A stretch of 64,000 bases of DNA. It comes from an uncultured Candidatus Poseidoniales archaeon. Lineage in GTDB: Archaea; Thermoplasmatota; Poseidoniia; Poseidoniales; Poseidoniaceae. A program made the translations under genes and the position numbers. How positions within the stretch are numbered: position 1 is the stretch's first letter; each line of letters opens with the position of its first letter. Below the pieces are notes generated by a model. The model was not told where the DNA came from. It did not search any database and saw only the letters and a list, made by a program, of their open reading frames with translations. Location of the stretch: positions 9,934-73,933 of the forward strand of contig CAJJAV010000011.1 of assembly GCA_905182125.1 (NCBI GenBank), in the 5' to 3' direction. This document shows positions 63,409 to 64,000 of this stretch, piece by piece.

Positions 63409-64000
63409 ATGATTATTGCACCCAGCGTCCTCACGGCAGATTTGGCCGATCTTGCTACCGATTGCCGAGAAGCGCTTGATGCAGGGCTAAACTGGTTGCA
63501 TCTCGACATCATGGATGGGAACTTTGTCCCGAACCTCACCTTCGGACCCCCCGTGATCAAATCCCTTCGCAAGGCGCTCGGCGATCAAGCGGTCTTCGAT
63601 GCACACTTGATGATTTCAAACGCAGAGTTGTGCTTCCAAGATTATATCGATGCGGGGTGCAATCACCTTTCGGTCCATGTTGAAGCGACCACACATCTGC
63701 ATCGCCTCGTCACGGCCATTCGAGCTGCTGGAGCAACTGTAGGCGTGGTGCTGAACCCCGGGACACCTGTGGATGCTGCGCTTGAGGTGCTCTCCGAATT
63801 GGATTTGGTGCTCGTGATGAGCGTGAACCCTGGCTTTGGAGGTCAATCCTTCATCCCAGCCGTTGAAAAGAAAATTAGAACCCTCAAAGCAGCAATTGAT
63901 GCGCAAGTTGCTGCAGGTGGACGCCCCGTGCAAATTCAAATTGACGGTGGCGTGAAAGCCCACAACATCGCTATGCTCCAATCATGGGGCGTCGGCAATT
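63409..64000 (+). CDS. rpe: ribulose-phosphate 3-epimerase (3' end outside window)
   Basis: Frame-1 translation from ATG about 63409: MIIAPSVLTADLADL...LHLDIMDGNFVPNLTFGPPVIK...DAHLMISNAE...LSVHVEA...VGVVLNPGTP...LVMSVNPGFGGQSFIP...IQIDGGV shows all RPE motifs. The ORF is open at the window end, so it is absent from the ORF track. Confidence 0.85.
   Translation, partial: MIIAPSVLTADLADLATDCREALDAGLNWLHLDIMDGNFVPNLTFGPPVIKSLRKALGDQAVFDAHLMISNAELCFQDYIDAGCNHLSVHVEATTHLHRLVTAIRAAGATVGVVLNPGTPVDAALEVLSELDLVLVMSVNPGFGGQSFIPAVEKKIRTLKAAIDAQVAAGGRPVQIQIDGGVKAHNIAMLQSWGVGN

Overview
Archaeal chromosomal segment of about 52% GC. The archaeal identity rests on ribosomal proteins S28e, L24e, S8e and S10, aIF5B, EF-1alpha, SRP19, family-B DNA polymerase, PGF-CTERM sorting signals, and leaderless transcripts with TATA boxes about 25-30 nt upstream. 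Gene content resembles a marine planktonic euryarchaeote of the Thermoplasmatota / Marine Group II type, though taxonomy is not certain. Housekeeping genes present: L7Ae-block rps28e-rpl24e-ndk-infB, moxR, parA, a P1B metal ATPase with an ArsR regulator, pgp, an M24 peptidase, tRNA-Leu, rps10-tuf, pyk, polB, ilvE, srp19, rps8e, eno, lrp, leuS, trxA and rpe. Interleaved with these is an unusually dense set of giant secreted proteins. Four are paralogous Ca-binding thrombospondin-type-3 (TSP3) repeat or beta-propeller proteins with a C-terminal transmembrane anchor and cytoplasmic tail. One is a 2133-aa glycoprotein candidate with jelly-roll lectin-like modules. There are also PKD and fasciclin-cupredoxin proteins with PGF-CTERM signals. 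No CRISPR array, rRNA, integrase or obvious prophage is present. The most unusual candidates are a compact wHTH-NB-ARC (STAND) NTPase sharing a bidirectional leaderless promoter with a giant surface protein, and a membrane-tethered dual-wHTH regulator with an 800-aa ectodomain. Others are a ParA-RHH-small ORF module, an 840-aa repetitive coiled-coil protein, and a CDIN1-like PD-(D/E)xK nuclease. The first 4 kb carries at least 5 frame-disrupting lesions in aIF5B and MoxR, whereas the remaining 60 kb has none. Coordinates come from the ORF track where possible. Features I located by eye (tRNA, small ORF, regulatory motifs, alternative starts) may be off by 1-2 nt.
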